From the NCBI GenBank assembly GCA_047967505.1, contig CM106538.1: a stretch of DNA of 64,000 bases; one strand, given 5' to 3'. Position numbers and translations under genes: made by a program. This DNA is from Dipteris shenzhenensis (lineage: Eukaryota). The notes under the pieces were generated by a model. The model was not told where the DNA came from and made no database searches. It worked only from the letters and a program-made list of their open reading frames with translations. Positions 1-13,191 of this stretch are shown piece by piece. The first letter of the stretch is position 1; each line of letters starts with the position of its first letter.

Positions 1-1333
1 GGAGATCTGTGAAGGAGGTCGATGGCGACTAAGAGCCTAGTTGGTCGATGATGCTTTGGAGCCGAGCTAGTCTTGATGCTATAGAGTCGTCAAAGGACTG
101 AACGTTTGCTGCAGTTGTGGGCTTGAGGTGACTGTGCGGGGTGCTTGACATGGACCTTTCCGAAGTGCCTTGCTGGATCACTCAGTTGAGGCTCGTTGAG
201 ACTGGCGTCGGAGGACTGTCACAGGAGCTACTATTGATATTCGAAGTTGGAGGCGTGCTGGTTGTTGATAGAGTTGAGCCAGGTTGAGTCATTTGACTCA
301 TTGAAGTTGGCGCTACCTTGAGTTCGAGTCGTAGGCTGGAGTGCGCATTGCAGGAGATGTTGGACTTGTGGGTGCTTTGCATGGGCGTCAAAGGAGCGTT
401 GGGCTTTGGGCTCGAGATCGGGGGCTATGCACGGAGCTTCAGGTCATTTGGGATGGATGTCGGGCTGAGGCATCTGTGGGCAAAGCCTACTAGTTGCTTT
501 GGCGTAGGATCTTTTGGTTGTCGGGTTATGCTGTTTGGCGATGGATCTTTTGGCTGTCCGGTGATGCGTAGGATCTTTTGGCTGTCCGGTCATGCTGTTC
601 AGTTATGCTGTAAACATTGCTGAAGCTGGGCGCTTTGGAGCTGCCTGCACCTTAGCGTTGTGGCATAGGCTGCTTGTGAAGATACTCTTTGCTGACGACC
701 TTCACAAAAAACCTTTACAAGATGCTATCTTTGTCTGTGATGCCAAGCATATCCACATTTAGTAGTCGGGCTGATACTGTGTGGTTAAAGCCGATCGTGG
801 AGCATTGTAGGTCACTAGTGCTTGCTTGATGTAGGTAGTAGATTCCGCCCTGTTGCCTTGTATGCACTCGAAGTGCTGAGAAATCAAGACAAAGTCTCTT
901 TGGACACTCGAATCACCATTCTCTCTCTCTCTCTCGACACTCAAAAATCTCTCTTTTTCTCTCTCAGACAAGAAGAATGAACTGATTGATGAACTGAAAT
1001 GTCTCTTTTCTCACAAGAGAAATCTCTCAAGGAAATCTTCACCAAAAATCTCAAAAATCTCTAAAGTGGAATGAATAGAGATCCTCACAACATCCCACAC
1101 GGAAATCTTTCAAGGAACTGAAAGAATGGAAGGAATTCTCTCACCAATGGACAAAAATTCTGTCACACATATCTCACTCTCCATAGCTCAGAAAGATGAG
1201 CTTTTTGAACCGAATCGAAGAGGAGGAGGTCTATGATGAGAGCTAGAGAAGGAATCGAGAGGCCTCAAAGGGAGGGCTTACTACCTCGACAGAGAAAGGG
1301 CTCGCATGCCTTGACGGAATACATGTGAACCCC

Positions 1334-1357
1334 TTAGGGTTAGGGTTAGGGTTAGGG
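1334..1357 (+). repeat. (TTAGGG)4 interstitial telomere-like repeat
   Basis: Four perfect TTAGGG units read directly. Confidence 0.95.
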
Positions 1358-2269
1358 TGTGCTCCTATGCCCTATAGGTATGGTGCAATTTATACCATCC
1401 TTAACATATCCACCGATGGCAGCCTGGTTGACGGAGGGGCCCCATGCCTCGCATATTGATGATGTCTCTCTAGCCTATAGGATATGCAAACAGAGCGCCT
1501 ACTGTATCGAGCTACATGAGGCGACGACTCCTTCCCGACACCATCCTCCCTTGGCTCTTGAGGATGGTGTGTGGGAGACCGTGGCCAGTATCACAGCATG
1601 GAACATAAGAGCGCGGGACATTTGACTCTAGAGAGACCATCGAAAAGCAAGAGCATTTCTGCAAGGCATGGCATGTAGGGGTTTTTTACATTATCATGCC
1701 GTGAGGGATTTGATGATTGTATAGTCCCCCCTAAGATACCCTAGGTGATGAGCTGAGATCTCAGGATGCAGGCTGGCCTCTGCCAAGCTTGAGGTTTTCA
1801 TTCCCAGTTGGCACCTTTGGGACGACCAACTTCTATGGTTTGTTTCTAAGCATTAATTGAATGCTCTTTTTCTTGTCTTTTTAAAAATTAAAAAATGGAG
1901 CTATTGCTTTTCTTTATATCAATTTCATCTGAGTGCCATTACTTTCTAAAGCTATTTTTCAATAAATAATTTATGTTATTGTGGAACTGGTCTTTTTCCT
2001 TGTCAATAATTGAACTCGTGTTTCTCTCGCTCTGTAGGCATTCATTGAAACATAATTGCCATGAACAAAATGAGCATATGAGCAAACCATTACAGGTACA
2101 CTTTCGAGATCCGAAGTAAAGGAGAATTGAGAGCTCAGCAAAAAACAAGGCTGAAAGCAAACTTGAAACAAAAACTAGAACCAAAGCTTACGAGAGAGGG
2201 ACACACTCTCTCTTATTATAAATAACCGAAAAGAAAGTGTGCCACCTCTCCCCATACATCACGTATGGA

Positions 2270-5200
2270 TTTTCTTTTTTTATTTTATAATTTTTTTTTT
2301 TATTTTTTTTGTGCAAAAAGAGACTTCTATTAAGTATTAAAGAAAACCATTAGAGCAAGCTTCATACGGGATACACCATGCAATGCATGAGAAGCTCAAA
2401 AGCCAAAAAGAAAGGATTGGTGCTGAAAGTGTGCCATCTCAATCCTATAGAACCCTCCGAGAAAAAGGGAGAACCCCTTCAAACTCGTAGGAATACAGTC
2501 CTAGAGGAGGCTGCCCGTGAAGGGCCCTGCATGCTAGCCCAAATGGCTATCAAAGTATGAACCGTGTCAGTCCAAATACCCGTGAAGGGGGAGGTATGAA
2601 AAATGCTGAGTATCCGAGCAACCCCTTTCCAAACAGTCCTCGCCTGACTGCAATCCCAAAGGCAATGTCGCACTAACTCCTCTGCGGAATGACAATGAGG
2701 GCAAGTAGGGTCAGCCCCAAATCATGATCTCCACAAATTCAGTGCAATCCCTCCATGAATAGAAAGCCAAAAGAAAAGAGTGATCTTTCTATTTGTGAGG
2801 GATTCCAGAGCCTCCTCCAGAAGTTCCTACGCAAATCTGCGATGATGAAGAAGCTATCCCAATGGGGGGTTCTGGAGGGAATCCAACCCCTACTACTCAA
2901 CTGAAATCTCCTGGCATTACCAACTCTCCTGGGTCCCACTGTAAGCACCTGATAGGTGCACCTCCATATAACCACAATCTCCAGGATCCTAGGGCCAGGA
3001 GCAGAGGGTCGGGATCTAAATACCACTGCAAGCCCGCTCCATGATCCACAAAGCCAGCAATCCTGACAGGCTGAAAGGCAACCTCTAGAAGAATATCATC
3101 CGTGGATCTAGAAAGTAGACCCCTATCCCCAACATCAAAGACAAGTCTATCCTCCCCAACACCTTGAAGAGCGATAACCTAAAGAGGGACTGCTGTCCTC
3201 GAGAAAGCTCCCATCCAAGTGGCAGAAGTAATAGGCATATCAACTGTCCAGTCCACCGGGATGGCTGCATCTATCTGCTGAATCCTGCGTGCTGCCCCTC
3301 AATCTATCTGCTGAATCCTGCGTGCTGCCCCTCAATCTCTTTCATCGTGAGCATGGAGATTTGGCTAGTTGTCTAAAGTGTGGGGAACAATGATTATTCC
3401 CAAAGCTACCCCAAGCTTTCAGGATGGCAGCCATGAGAGGAGATGCAGGAGATCTGAGAGGGGCAGAAGTAAAAATCCAGCACCCAATCATCTCCCAAGG
3501 TAGGTGTGCAAGCCTGAATGCATCAAAAAAAGAAGTCCTTCCAAGGTTCCTTCCCAGGCATGAGACCCCTCACCACCACCTTACAAAGCAATGCCCTGCA
3601 TTGCAGGTCCGGGTCAATGATATTAAGGCCCCCTTCACATGTAGGGAGAATAATGGTCTCCTAGGCCACCCTTGCTGCAACATCTGCCGTGCCATCGAGT
3701 CCACTCCATAAAAAATTTCTGATTGGTCTAATGAGCTGAGTGATGCACTCTAGACCGGCACCAGCATGAACACACAAATCAGGCGGTGGCCAAGAGAACC
3801 TGGTTCACTACCACAACTCTAGATGCAAGGTCAAGTTTGACTGGCTTTCTCAAAGTCCAAGAGTAGAATTGCTAGCCTCTGCCTACTCTGCATAGCCCAC
3901 TGAGGCTTCCCAAAAGGAAAAGATGTTATCAAATATGCTCTTGCCATGCATAAAGCTTGTCTGAGTATCATGGATGAGGTCTAAAAGAAGGGGCTGCAAT
4001 CTGATGTTGATCGCCTTGGCAAGAATTTTGTATAGAGTGCCCAAAAGAGTGATGGGTCTCCAATGGGATACAAAATTCATGTTGCCACCTTTCGGGATAA
4101 GGTGTATAAGTCTCTCGGTAAGTGAGTCAAGCATCTCACCCGAGTCCCAAATGCTCTGCAGGGCTGAAGTAATATGATCACCTATCATATCCCAAAAGGC
4201 TACAAAAAAAGATGGGATAAGACCATCTGAACCAGGGCACTTGCCCTTATGAAGGGCGGAGAGAGCAGTCTTGAATTCTGTGTCGGTAAATCGTGCATCA
4301 AGTGAGCATATCATCTCTGGTGTGACCAACACAGGTAAGCGCTGCCAAACCGCATCTCTAGTCACATCTCTCGCCTGTGTGTCAGGGTCTGCATAAAGAA
4401 GGGAGGCATAAAAATCTGTCGCTAAGTGCATGACGGTATTCGGATGAGATTGCAAAACCCCGTCAGAGTCAATAAGTTGCCTGACACTCTCTACTATGTC
4501 TAGGACCAAGTGTAGAGAATAAGTGTGTATTGACTCTCCCTCCCATTTGTATCCAAAAAGACTCTCGTGCATGGAAGGCATACTCTGCTCTCTGATCTAG
4601 CAATGTCTACAAGTGAGCCCTTGCTGCAGCAAGGCGCTCCTGGATCCAAGCATCTGAAGATCGTTTCTGCTCCTCCCTCTGTAGGGCTGTCAACTGCCGG
4701 CCGATATCGATCTCCTGCTTGAGTACCTCACCTCGCCTAGTACTAGCGACAGAATGATAAAAGTCACTGACACTGGCAAGTGCTGTGGCCACATGTGAAG
4801 GTGCGGCCACCCCCCCTGCATGTGAGAAACCTAGATCTCCAAGACTGGTTCTGTGAGAGTATCATCTGTGTATAAGGCGTCGGGGATCCTGATACTAGAA
4901 GATCGTCCTCTCAGATGGGGCTTTGAGATGGACAAAACTACTGGAAAATGGTCGGAGGTGGAAACACCAGGAGCAATGCAAACTGTCCCCCCTCTATCAA
5001 GAGCCCAATCATACACATAGAATTTGTCAATCAGAGCATGGATAGGCATCTGCACCCTACGGTTCGACCACGAAAACAAGAGTGACTGAGACTGAATATG
5101 AAATGCATCATCTGACCAAACATCTCTACCACTGAATTTGAACAAGAAGGCATCCCAAGCTGCTCTCTCAAGGGAGTGAATACCACCTTCTCTTCCCCCT

Positions 5201-6773
5201 TTCTTATCAGATGGTGCCCCAACCATGTTGAGGTCACCTCCAATAATCCAAGAATCTGCAATGTCATCCCATGAGAGCAACTCTTTCCAAAAAAGAACAC
5301 AGTCCCCTCTGGTGTTCGAAGCGTAGAGGTTGAGGAAACCAACCTTACGTCCGTCAACCATAAGCAAAATCCATTGGGCCCTAGAGGGTGTGATGGTACC
5401 GTGTCCAATGACCAGAGGGAGGATAGAGTATGAAACTGATATGCAAGTACCTCCTCTGGTTCCCAAGGTAAGAAGCCAAAACGTCCAGCCTAAAAGCAGC
5501 TTACCTGACTTGGAACAATCTCTGGCGTCTAGTTTGTGTTCGTGTAGAAAAAGAATGTCTAACGAACCACCTGACACACTTGGATGAAGCTGATTCCTTA
5601 TCATCTATTTGCGATAGCGATGAGGGATGCCGCCCAACCCTTGTATATTCCAACTGGCTATCCTCATCGGCGGGAGGAAGCGGGTTGGAATATCTTACCC
5701 AACCTGGTGGTGGAAAAAGAACCCTCTACCGAAGCTGACCTCCTGCCATACACACGAGGTCCAAGGGGAGGAAAGTCCACTGGTGAGAGAGAGAAAGATC
5801 TCTCAAAGGGGATGCCGATAACTCGCTCTCCAAAAGTGGAGGGTACAAAATCATCATCTGGGAGGTCAAAGCGATCCTCGAGCGGAAAAGGAATTCCGCT
5901 AAGCCAGTCCTAGGAAAGGAGACACTTGTGCTGCGTCCTGATCAAGAAGTGCTGCAGACGAGGTGCCAACAACCTGGGCTGTTGAAGGAGACACAGCCTG
6001 ATCTTGTGGTGGAGCGGAAGGCTCTTGAACAATAGGCTCCATGGCGGTAGCCTCCCAAGGCTCCTGAGAGGTAGTCTCCGGAGTGGCGGAAGTATGATCA
6101 GAAGTAGAGGGCCTAACCGCGACTGGAACCCACCAGGGGCCAGAGATAGTATGGTGTGTAAGAAGGACTCGGGCAGCCCTAGGAGGAGGGGGGGCCTGTG
6201 TCTGAGGCGGTGCCTGTGGAGCAATAGGTCCTGCTCCTGATCTTTGTCGTAACCTAGTACGAGCTGGTTGCTTTTTTGGCCTTTTCTTCTTCTTTGGGCA
6301 ATCTCTGGCGAAGTGCCCAGAGGATCTGCAAATTTTGCACTGTCCTAACGACCTGCAACCTCAAATCTCTAGCAAAAGAATGGCCCATCGGGTCGCTATA
6401 GCATGATGTAGTCATATGAAATGTTAGGGTCCTCGACAAAGACCCTAACCCTGGGTACCCCATCCATCTTGATCGCCTTAGCAGCCAACGAAGGCTTGTC
6501 AGGAAGAGGGGGGATTTCTACTACCACAACAAATCTCTCGCCAATAACTGAAAGAAGCCGGTGATAAACTGAAGGTAGACCAGGGAACTTGATGAAGACG
6601 GAAACTCCGTACTCATCCCCTTCAACTGGGTCAAAGCCCAGTTGAAAGGAAAACAAAAAAATCCTCCTGTAGTCTAGAAAGAGATACCCAGTCTGTAGCA
6701 AGTCTCTTGTGACGTCGATAACACCAATATTCACGTGATCGTAGTCCATCTCATTATATCTCAACGGTCGCAA
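2270..6773 (-). mobile_element. Degenerate, near-full-length L1-clade LINE (ORF1 + APE endonuclease/RT ORF2) with internal deletion
   Basis: ORF1 remnant has the CCHC knuckle CKICRSSGHFARDC (~6295-6340). ORF2 starts MRIASWNIQGLG at 5667, with endonuclease motifs NLYASN, IIGGDLN and SDHFPV, and RT-proximal KCPGSDG, WRPITLLGTLYKILAK and LLLDFEKA. Poly(A) appears as a T-run at 2270-2310. Many stops and frameshifts. Confidence 0.9.
3269..3334. repeat. Perfect 33-bp tandem duplication inside a LINE
   Basis: ATCTATCTGCTGAATCCTGCGTGCTGCCCCTCA x2. Confidence 0.9.
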
Positions 6774-7033
6774 GGATAGTTATCAAAGAAAGATCATGTG
6801 AGCAATCCCTTATTCATGTATTTATTGAGCTTTAGTATCCAAAAAGTGCTAAATGTTTTCCCATCACAAATAATTAAAGCATTACCCTTGGTATTTATAG
6901 GAAGAATTTGGTCTGATGGACTTGATGTCACATCTCGTCTCTAAAGTTTTCCTAGTTCTTTTTCTATATCCTTTTCAAAATTGCTAAAATAAGATTATAT
7001 TCCAAGTGCTCCATAGCAAAATAAAGCTACAAG

Positions 7034-10000
7034 TTGTCTTACGCATAGCTTTAGATTTTTATGCCACCCTTCTTATTGCTGATCCTGAGACACAGGATAG
7101 AGAGGATGCTAGACAGGCTATTTGGCAGAGCATCCCTTTGTTGGTGAATCCGGATATGCATGTTTTGCTCGATGCACCTTTCACCAACACAGAGTTCAAG
7201 ATTGCACTTTCAGCCCTTCACAAGGGCAAGTGCCCACGTTCGGATGGCCTCACCCCTTCTTTTTTCATTGCATTTTGGGATATGATTAGAGACTACATTA
7301 CTTCAGCCCTGCAGGCCATTTGGGACTCTGGCAAGATGCCTGGGTCGCTTACAGAGGGTCTCATCCACCTTATCCCGAAAGGAGGTTGCAGAAATCTTGT
7401 GTCCCAGTGGAGGCCTATCACACTTCTGGGGACTTGTTACAAGATTCTGGCTAAGGCAATCAGCCTCCGATTGCAGCCCCTTCTCCTTGATCTTATTCAT
7501 GACACTCAGACGGGATTTGTGCATGGCAGAAGCATTTTTTATAACATTTTCTCTTTCTGGGAAGCTTCAGAGTGGGCCATGCAGAGTGGCCAGAATCTAG
7601 CCATTCTACTTTTGGATTTTGAGAAAGCTATGACAGAGTAGATTGGGGTTTTTTGGAGGGCACCCTTCTACGTTTTGGCTTTACTGATGCTTGGATCAGA
7701 GGTGTTTCCTCTTTGTACAGATCAGCTTACAGCCAGGTACTTATTGGTGGGGTAAGGGGTGAGAGATTTCAGATTTCGAGATCAGCAGTCCGTCAGGGAT
7801 GCCCCCTTGCTCCTTTCCTTTTTTTGTTTGTGGCTGAAGCTATGAGTATCTTTGTTAGATCTCAAGCTGACATCTTTGGGCTGAGACTTCTCATCAGAAG
7901 GGAAGAGGAGCTACTTGACAGTAAGTTGGCAGATGACACAGCAGTTTACTTGGATGCCACTCCACAGACGCTCACTTCTTTCAGGACAGCATTGGATTTA
8001 TTTTGCTTGGCAGCAAGGGCGCAGATAAATTGGCATAAATCCAATGGCTTTTGGATCAGTGATGAGGACTCTCTAGTTTGGGGGCTTGACATAGGATTCA
8101 CTTGGGTTCAGAGGGGTGTGCCTGTCAGGTATTTGGGCTGCCAGGTCGACTTGGATATTTCTTCCACGCAACAGTTTGCTCCCGTGTTAGAGAACATCAG
8201 GAGGAAGCTCCTTTTTTGGAGCTCAGCCAAGCTGGCTCTTGTCTCTAGAGTTGTGGTGGTCAACCAGGTCCTCTTGGCCACGGCCTGGTTTGTTTGTTCA
8301 TGCTGGTGCCATTCTAGGGACTGCATCATTCAGCTCAGGAGACCGATCAGAAACTTTCTTTGGAGTGGGCTTGATGGCATAACAGATTTACAGTAGTGCA
8401 GAGCTTTACTGTGCAAGATGGTAGTGCGGGGACTTATGCCAGGGCAGGAACCGTGGAAGGACTTTCTTATTAGCAGCATACAGAGGTGCACACCTTCTTC
8501 AAGAGGAGATTGGATGAGCAGTATTAGGTGGATCTTCACCACAGCACACCTCAGATCACCTTTGTCCCCTCTCAGGGTTGCCATTCTGAAAGCTTGGGCC
8601 AGTTTCAGGAGCACTCTTCAGAGGATTCCTCCTTTCTCTCGTGAAGAGATTGATAGGCAACCCATCATGTGGAATGATAGTATTGTAGATGATCATGGCA
8701 GACCACTGGGTGCCTCACTCTACATGCAGTGATCCAGGTGGGAGAGGGGACCTGCATCATCTATGGGGTCTTGGAAAGCTTTCTGCAGGCTTCCAGAGGA
8801 GACTAAATCAAGGTTGACATGACATCTCAGAGGGAGTGCAGGGAGGATCTTGCAGATTGAGGCAGCCCTTCCAGAGGAGTGGGTAGACACAGATGATATG
8901 CCACTCACTCGCTCCACTTGGGCAGGTACTTTTACGAGAGGTGGTGTTCCGCTTTAGGTTTTGGCCTTTCGAGATGCACATGAGGATGCTTTAGTTTTTA
9001 CTGTGCAGGATGGTGGCAGATTGCTCAGGTCCACAGAGGACATCTTGCTTGAGTTTGCTTTTCAGCCTATCAGGGTTGTAGGTCTTTTGGTGCAGGGATC
9101 AGATTCAGAGTGGTTCCTAGACCCAGACCCTTGGCTACTCTCCACCGGGTCTTGGAGGCTTTGGCTCTATGGGGGAGTTCCCATCATGTATATGTAGTGG
9201 GACCTCGGAGAGTGGGAGTGGATTGACGCAGGGCATCGAGAGAAGAGCATCCCCTTCTTTTGTTACACGGTCAGTAATGCCAGGAGATTTCAGCTCAGTA
9301 GTAGAAGTTGGAGACCTTCCAGAGTTCCTCATTGGGAGACATTTGATATCACTGCGAATCTGCAGAAGTGCTTCTGGAGGAGACTCTGGAAATCCCACAG
9401 GAATAGGAAGATCACTATCTTCTTTTGGCTCTCTATCCATGGTGGGATTGCAGTGAACCTTTGGAGATCCAGGTTCGGAGACGACCCTACTTGCCCTCGT
9501 TGCCTCTCTGCTTCGAAGACTATTCAGCATTGCTTATGGGATTGCAAACAGGCGAGGATAATTTGGATGGGGGTAGCCAGGATTTTCAGTCACTTTGCCC
9601 ACTCCCCATGACATGGGGCTCAGTGGCTTGGCTTTCTCTTGCAGGGCCTCAGATATTCTATGAGAGATCTGACTCCTCTCGGGCCATTTCGGTTCGACGT
9701 CATCAGATTGAGTCCTGTTCATTGGATGTGGTACCACACCTTCCTTTTACAGTTGTACATGCCTCTGTGGATACTTCTTGGGAGATTCTAGCAAGCATAG
9801 CATCCTGGCATATCTGGAGAGCCAGATGCACAGAGGCTTTGGAGGGTACTCAGGTTCATCCCTCGCACACATTGGCTAGTATCTGGACAGACAATCTGGA
9901 CAGACACCGTACATGCTTTGATGGCCGTATGGACGAGTATGCAGGGAGACTCCCATGCAGCCTCAGCTAGGAGAGCTTCTTTCTTCAGGGAATGGAAGGA

Positions 10001-10185
10001 TTCTCCTTTCTTCTTTGAGACTACTACAGGGTTGAGGTGGCACTTTCAGCCTCAGCCTTGGTTGTTTTCCACCTCACTCTAAGGGGGTTTTATTTATCCT
10101 CATGATTTCATGATGTATTCCGCTTTGAGCTTGCTCTCGCGGGTTTTTTCTCTTAATAGAAGTCTCTTTCTTGGAAAAAAGAAAA
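7034..10185 (+). mobile_element. 5'-truncated L1-clade LINE (RT and C-terminal region), same family as 2270-6773
   Basis: WRPITLLGTCYKILAK, LLLDFEKA, RQGCPLAPFLF, LADDT, RYLG. A-rich tail at ~10175-10189. Target-site duplication AAAATAAAGCTACAAG at 7018-7033 and 10186-10201. Confidence 0.93.
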
Positions 10186-11063
10186 AAAATAAAGCTACAA
10201 GACATTTGATCAATCTTCAAATGAATGCAACAAGAAGCAAATCTATCAAGTAAGACAAGTAGATGAGTTTCTCATTATGTGCTCTATAGTAAAAAGAATA
10301 ATAAAGATTGGATTTAGAACAATGTTATTTGATATCATCAAAGAGAAAAGTTCAATTCTTTGAGGGATTAAAAAAAAGTATGAACCAATTTGTTAAGGAT
10401 GATAAATCAGTCATATTGACTGCGACCACCAGTGCAGTGGCAATGCACTTGAGCCAATTGTAAACATTGTATAGGCAAGCCTCATCGTGCATTTTAATAT
10501 CACATTCGTTCTATAACTATACTAATATATTTCCTCTTATTTTTGTAGCCCTCTCATTGACATAAAAAGCAATTAAGCGATATTTACAAAGAATCATTGG
10601 TGTTGCAAATTGAGGCAAACCTCCATGTAAGTTTCAATAGACACAAAACATAATGATATTCAATTTAGGTGTTCAGCATATATTTAAGATGTCTTTTTCA
10701 AGTATCGTCAAAATTGTAGGTTTCAATTGCATATTTCAGTTCCCAAATCAATTCTCAGATTTATCGTTAATAACATGATGGATAACATAATAAAATAAAA
10801 GGCCTATTGTGGGTGGATATAGTCATGCCCTACTAGACCAATGAGAAGCACCTTGAGTTTGAATTTCTAGGTGTGGTAAATGGTTCCATCAAATTTAACT
10901 TGCCTAGTTCCAGATTCATTTCCCAAGATGTAAATGATTGCTCACTAGGCAATTTTTTATCGATGTACATCTATTGGTTAAAGTCCAATCTACTATATAT
11001 TATCATTGCATCTAGGGAGTAGAGAGTTTGGAAGACAAGGCATCCTCTGCATATAAAATGAGG

Positions 11064-13186
11064 TGTTAGAATATGAAGCCAAGTTGAGTCAGTTTGGTGT
11101 GTTCTAGTGTGAGTTCTAGTCTAGTGTGTCCTATGGATGCCACGTGTCACATTGGGAGTTATCCCATATGCATAGGTGTTCACATGTGTGTGTGCGCTCT
11201 TATATAAGAGCTGTACTTGTCTAGTGTCAAATCAATCAAGTATCAAGCTACAAACTCTTTGGTCTACATGTGAGTACTTTTATTTTGGTTCATTGCTTTA
11301 GTCATCTCATTTCCATTTCATTATGTCTCTCTTTGAGTATCACTTCCTCTCTCCCTAGCCTACCCCCCCTCTCTCTCTCTCTCTCCCTCTCCACCATGTG
11401 CCTTCATGTGGTATTAGAGCCTCCCTTCCTACCTTCCCCTTCTTCTTGCTCTACCTAGAGGATGAGAGAAACCCGCAAATGGAAGCTCCTCCCACGATTG
11501 AGCTCCTTTCCACTCCTTAGCCTCACCTTCGGAGCTGACCTGGAGCTGATCTACCTCGCCATCAACTACCCCTTCTTCATACCAAAATGCCTTGCCAACG
11601 GCCGCTTCTTTTGCCTCGCCATCAGCCACCTTAGTAGCCTCGCCTCCAACTGCTCTAGTCCGCTGCAAACAGGACGTACAGTCTGTACGGAACAGTACGG
11701 ACTGATCCATATTGCACCAGGGCTGTACAACAGGCCGTACCAGCCCTCGGGACTGTCGGCAGCTGCTGCTTCTCCTACCATCGGGCACAACAGCTCCGTT
11801 CCAGCCCTTTGCCACTCAAATTGCTCCTTCAGTTCCCACGATTTGCTGCTCCACCTGCACGACATGAATCTCTCCTAAATCACGCTGCCTCCTGCTATCC
11901 ATGCTTCCTGCCCACGCTGCCAAAAAGTCCACCATTTCTACTCCTCATTCCACCCCATAATTATGCCACATCTGTCCTCATTTGCTGCAATTTCAGCAGC
12001 CCACACTGCCTATTTTCTCTGCCCATTGCTTAGTTCTGCCTCAGCCGCCATAACTTACATTCTCTGCCGCATCATTTGCAGCTGCCTACGCACCATTGCC
12101 CCTGCTCATTGCCTCTCCAAGTGTTGATACCATGGAACCTCGTACTCTTGGAGAAGTCACTGCATCTCGAGAGAAAGCACTTGCCCGTATCGGTGTGAGC
12201 TTGGACAACAGATTGCTCCATCACTTTGACCTCACTGCTTCCGCCACGGAGATCAAAGCATGTTCGAGAAGCTTCACGCTACATCTATGGACCTGACCGA
12301 TGAGCCATATCTATTGTTTACATGATCTATCTGAAGTGATAGATAATGGTTAGGAATATTTGGGTACTCTGCCCGGGGATGTTTCCCAAAATGAATGCAA
12401 TAAATAATGTGTGTTGAGTCAATAAAGGTCCTTTGCCTTAGATAGTCATCCAAAAATGATGTATTTCTTCTATATTTTTGGTGTGTGACTCCATGTTTCT
12501 AGTTATTCCCTGGAGTCAAGAGGGGGATGTACTGTGGGAGCCATGTATTGGCATTGATAGGTTCTAGTTATCAGGCCTGGCATATGAGTTACAGGATGTT
12601 GGTACATTGGTCTTCTAGACCTTTGAGTTGTTCATGCATCCATGCTGAGACATGAGCCTCTGAGTCATATTTGGGATGTAAAGCAATGTGAGTGCTCGGT
12701 CCAACCTCTAAACCATGCTCAAACTTCATCCTCTGAGTTGGCATGGGAGCCATGTCTAGTTCAGACATTGCACAGTTTAGTAGTCTTGTCACTGTTATGT
12801 TCTATCCTTGGTTCCATTCCATTAGTCTCTCACCTTGCCTTCATGGAGGCGTGTTAGAATATGAAGCCAAGTTGAGTCAGTTTGGTGTGTTCCAGTGTGA
12901 GTTCTAGTCTGGTGTGTCCTATGGATGCAACGTGTCACATTGGGAGTTATCCCATATGCATAGGTGTCATATGTGTGTGAGCGCTCTTATATAAGAGCTA
13001 TACTTGTCTAGTGTCAAATCAATCGAAGTATCAAGCTACAAGCTCTTTGGTCTACATGTGAGTACTTTCATTTTGGTTCATTGCTATAGTCATTTCATAT
13101 CCATTTCATTATGTCTCTCTTTGAGTATCACTTCCTCTCTCCCTAGCCTACCCTCTCTCTCTCTCCCTCTCCACCATGTGCCTTCA
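11064..13186 (+). mobile_element. Small, internally deleted (non-autonomous) copia-like LTR retrotransposon with both LTRs
   Basis: Highly similar TG...CA LTRs at 11064-11406 and 12852-13186. PBS TGGTATTAGAGC (tRNA-iMet type) at 11409-11420. 5-bp TSD TGAGG at 11059-11063 and 13187-13191. The ~1.4 kb interior has only a gag-like remnant (REKALARIGVSLDNRLLHHF). Confidence 0.92.
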
Positions 13187-13191
13187 TGAGG

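Noticed and set aside
495-600. Three GGATCTTTTGG(C/T)TGTC(C/G)GG repeats, superficially array-like
   Set aside because: Irregular short spacing without unique spacers, in eukaryotic TE-like context; a degenerate tandem repeat, not CRISPR.
2038-2095. Possible plus-strand micro-exon (CTGTAG|...CAG|GTACAC)
   Set aside because: Isolated, with no partner exons or recognisable product, and on the wrong strand to be the missing PARP exon.
10380-10520. Short minus-strand open frames examined as the missing PARP terminal exon
   Set aside because: The translations (e.g. HDEACLYNVYNWLKC) lack the DSV / E-Y-V-V-Y / P-x-Y pattern and convincing splice sites.
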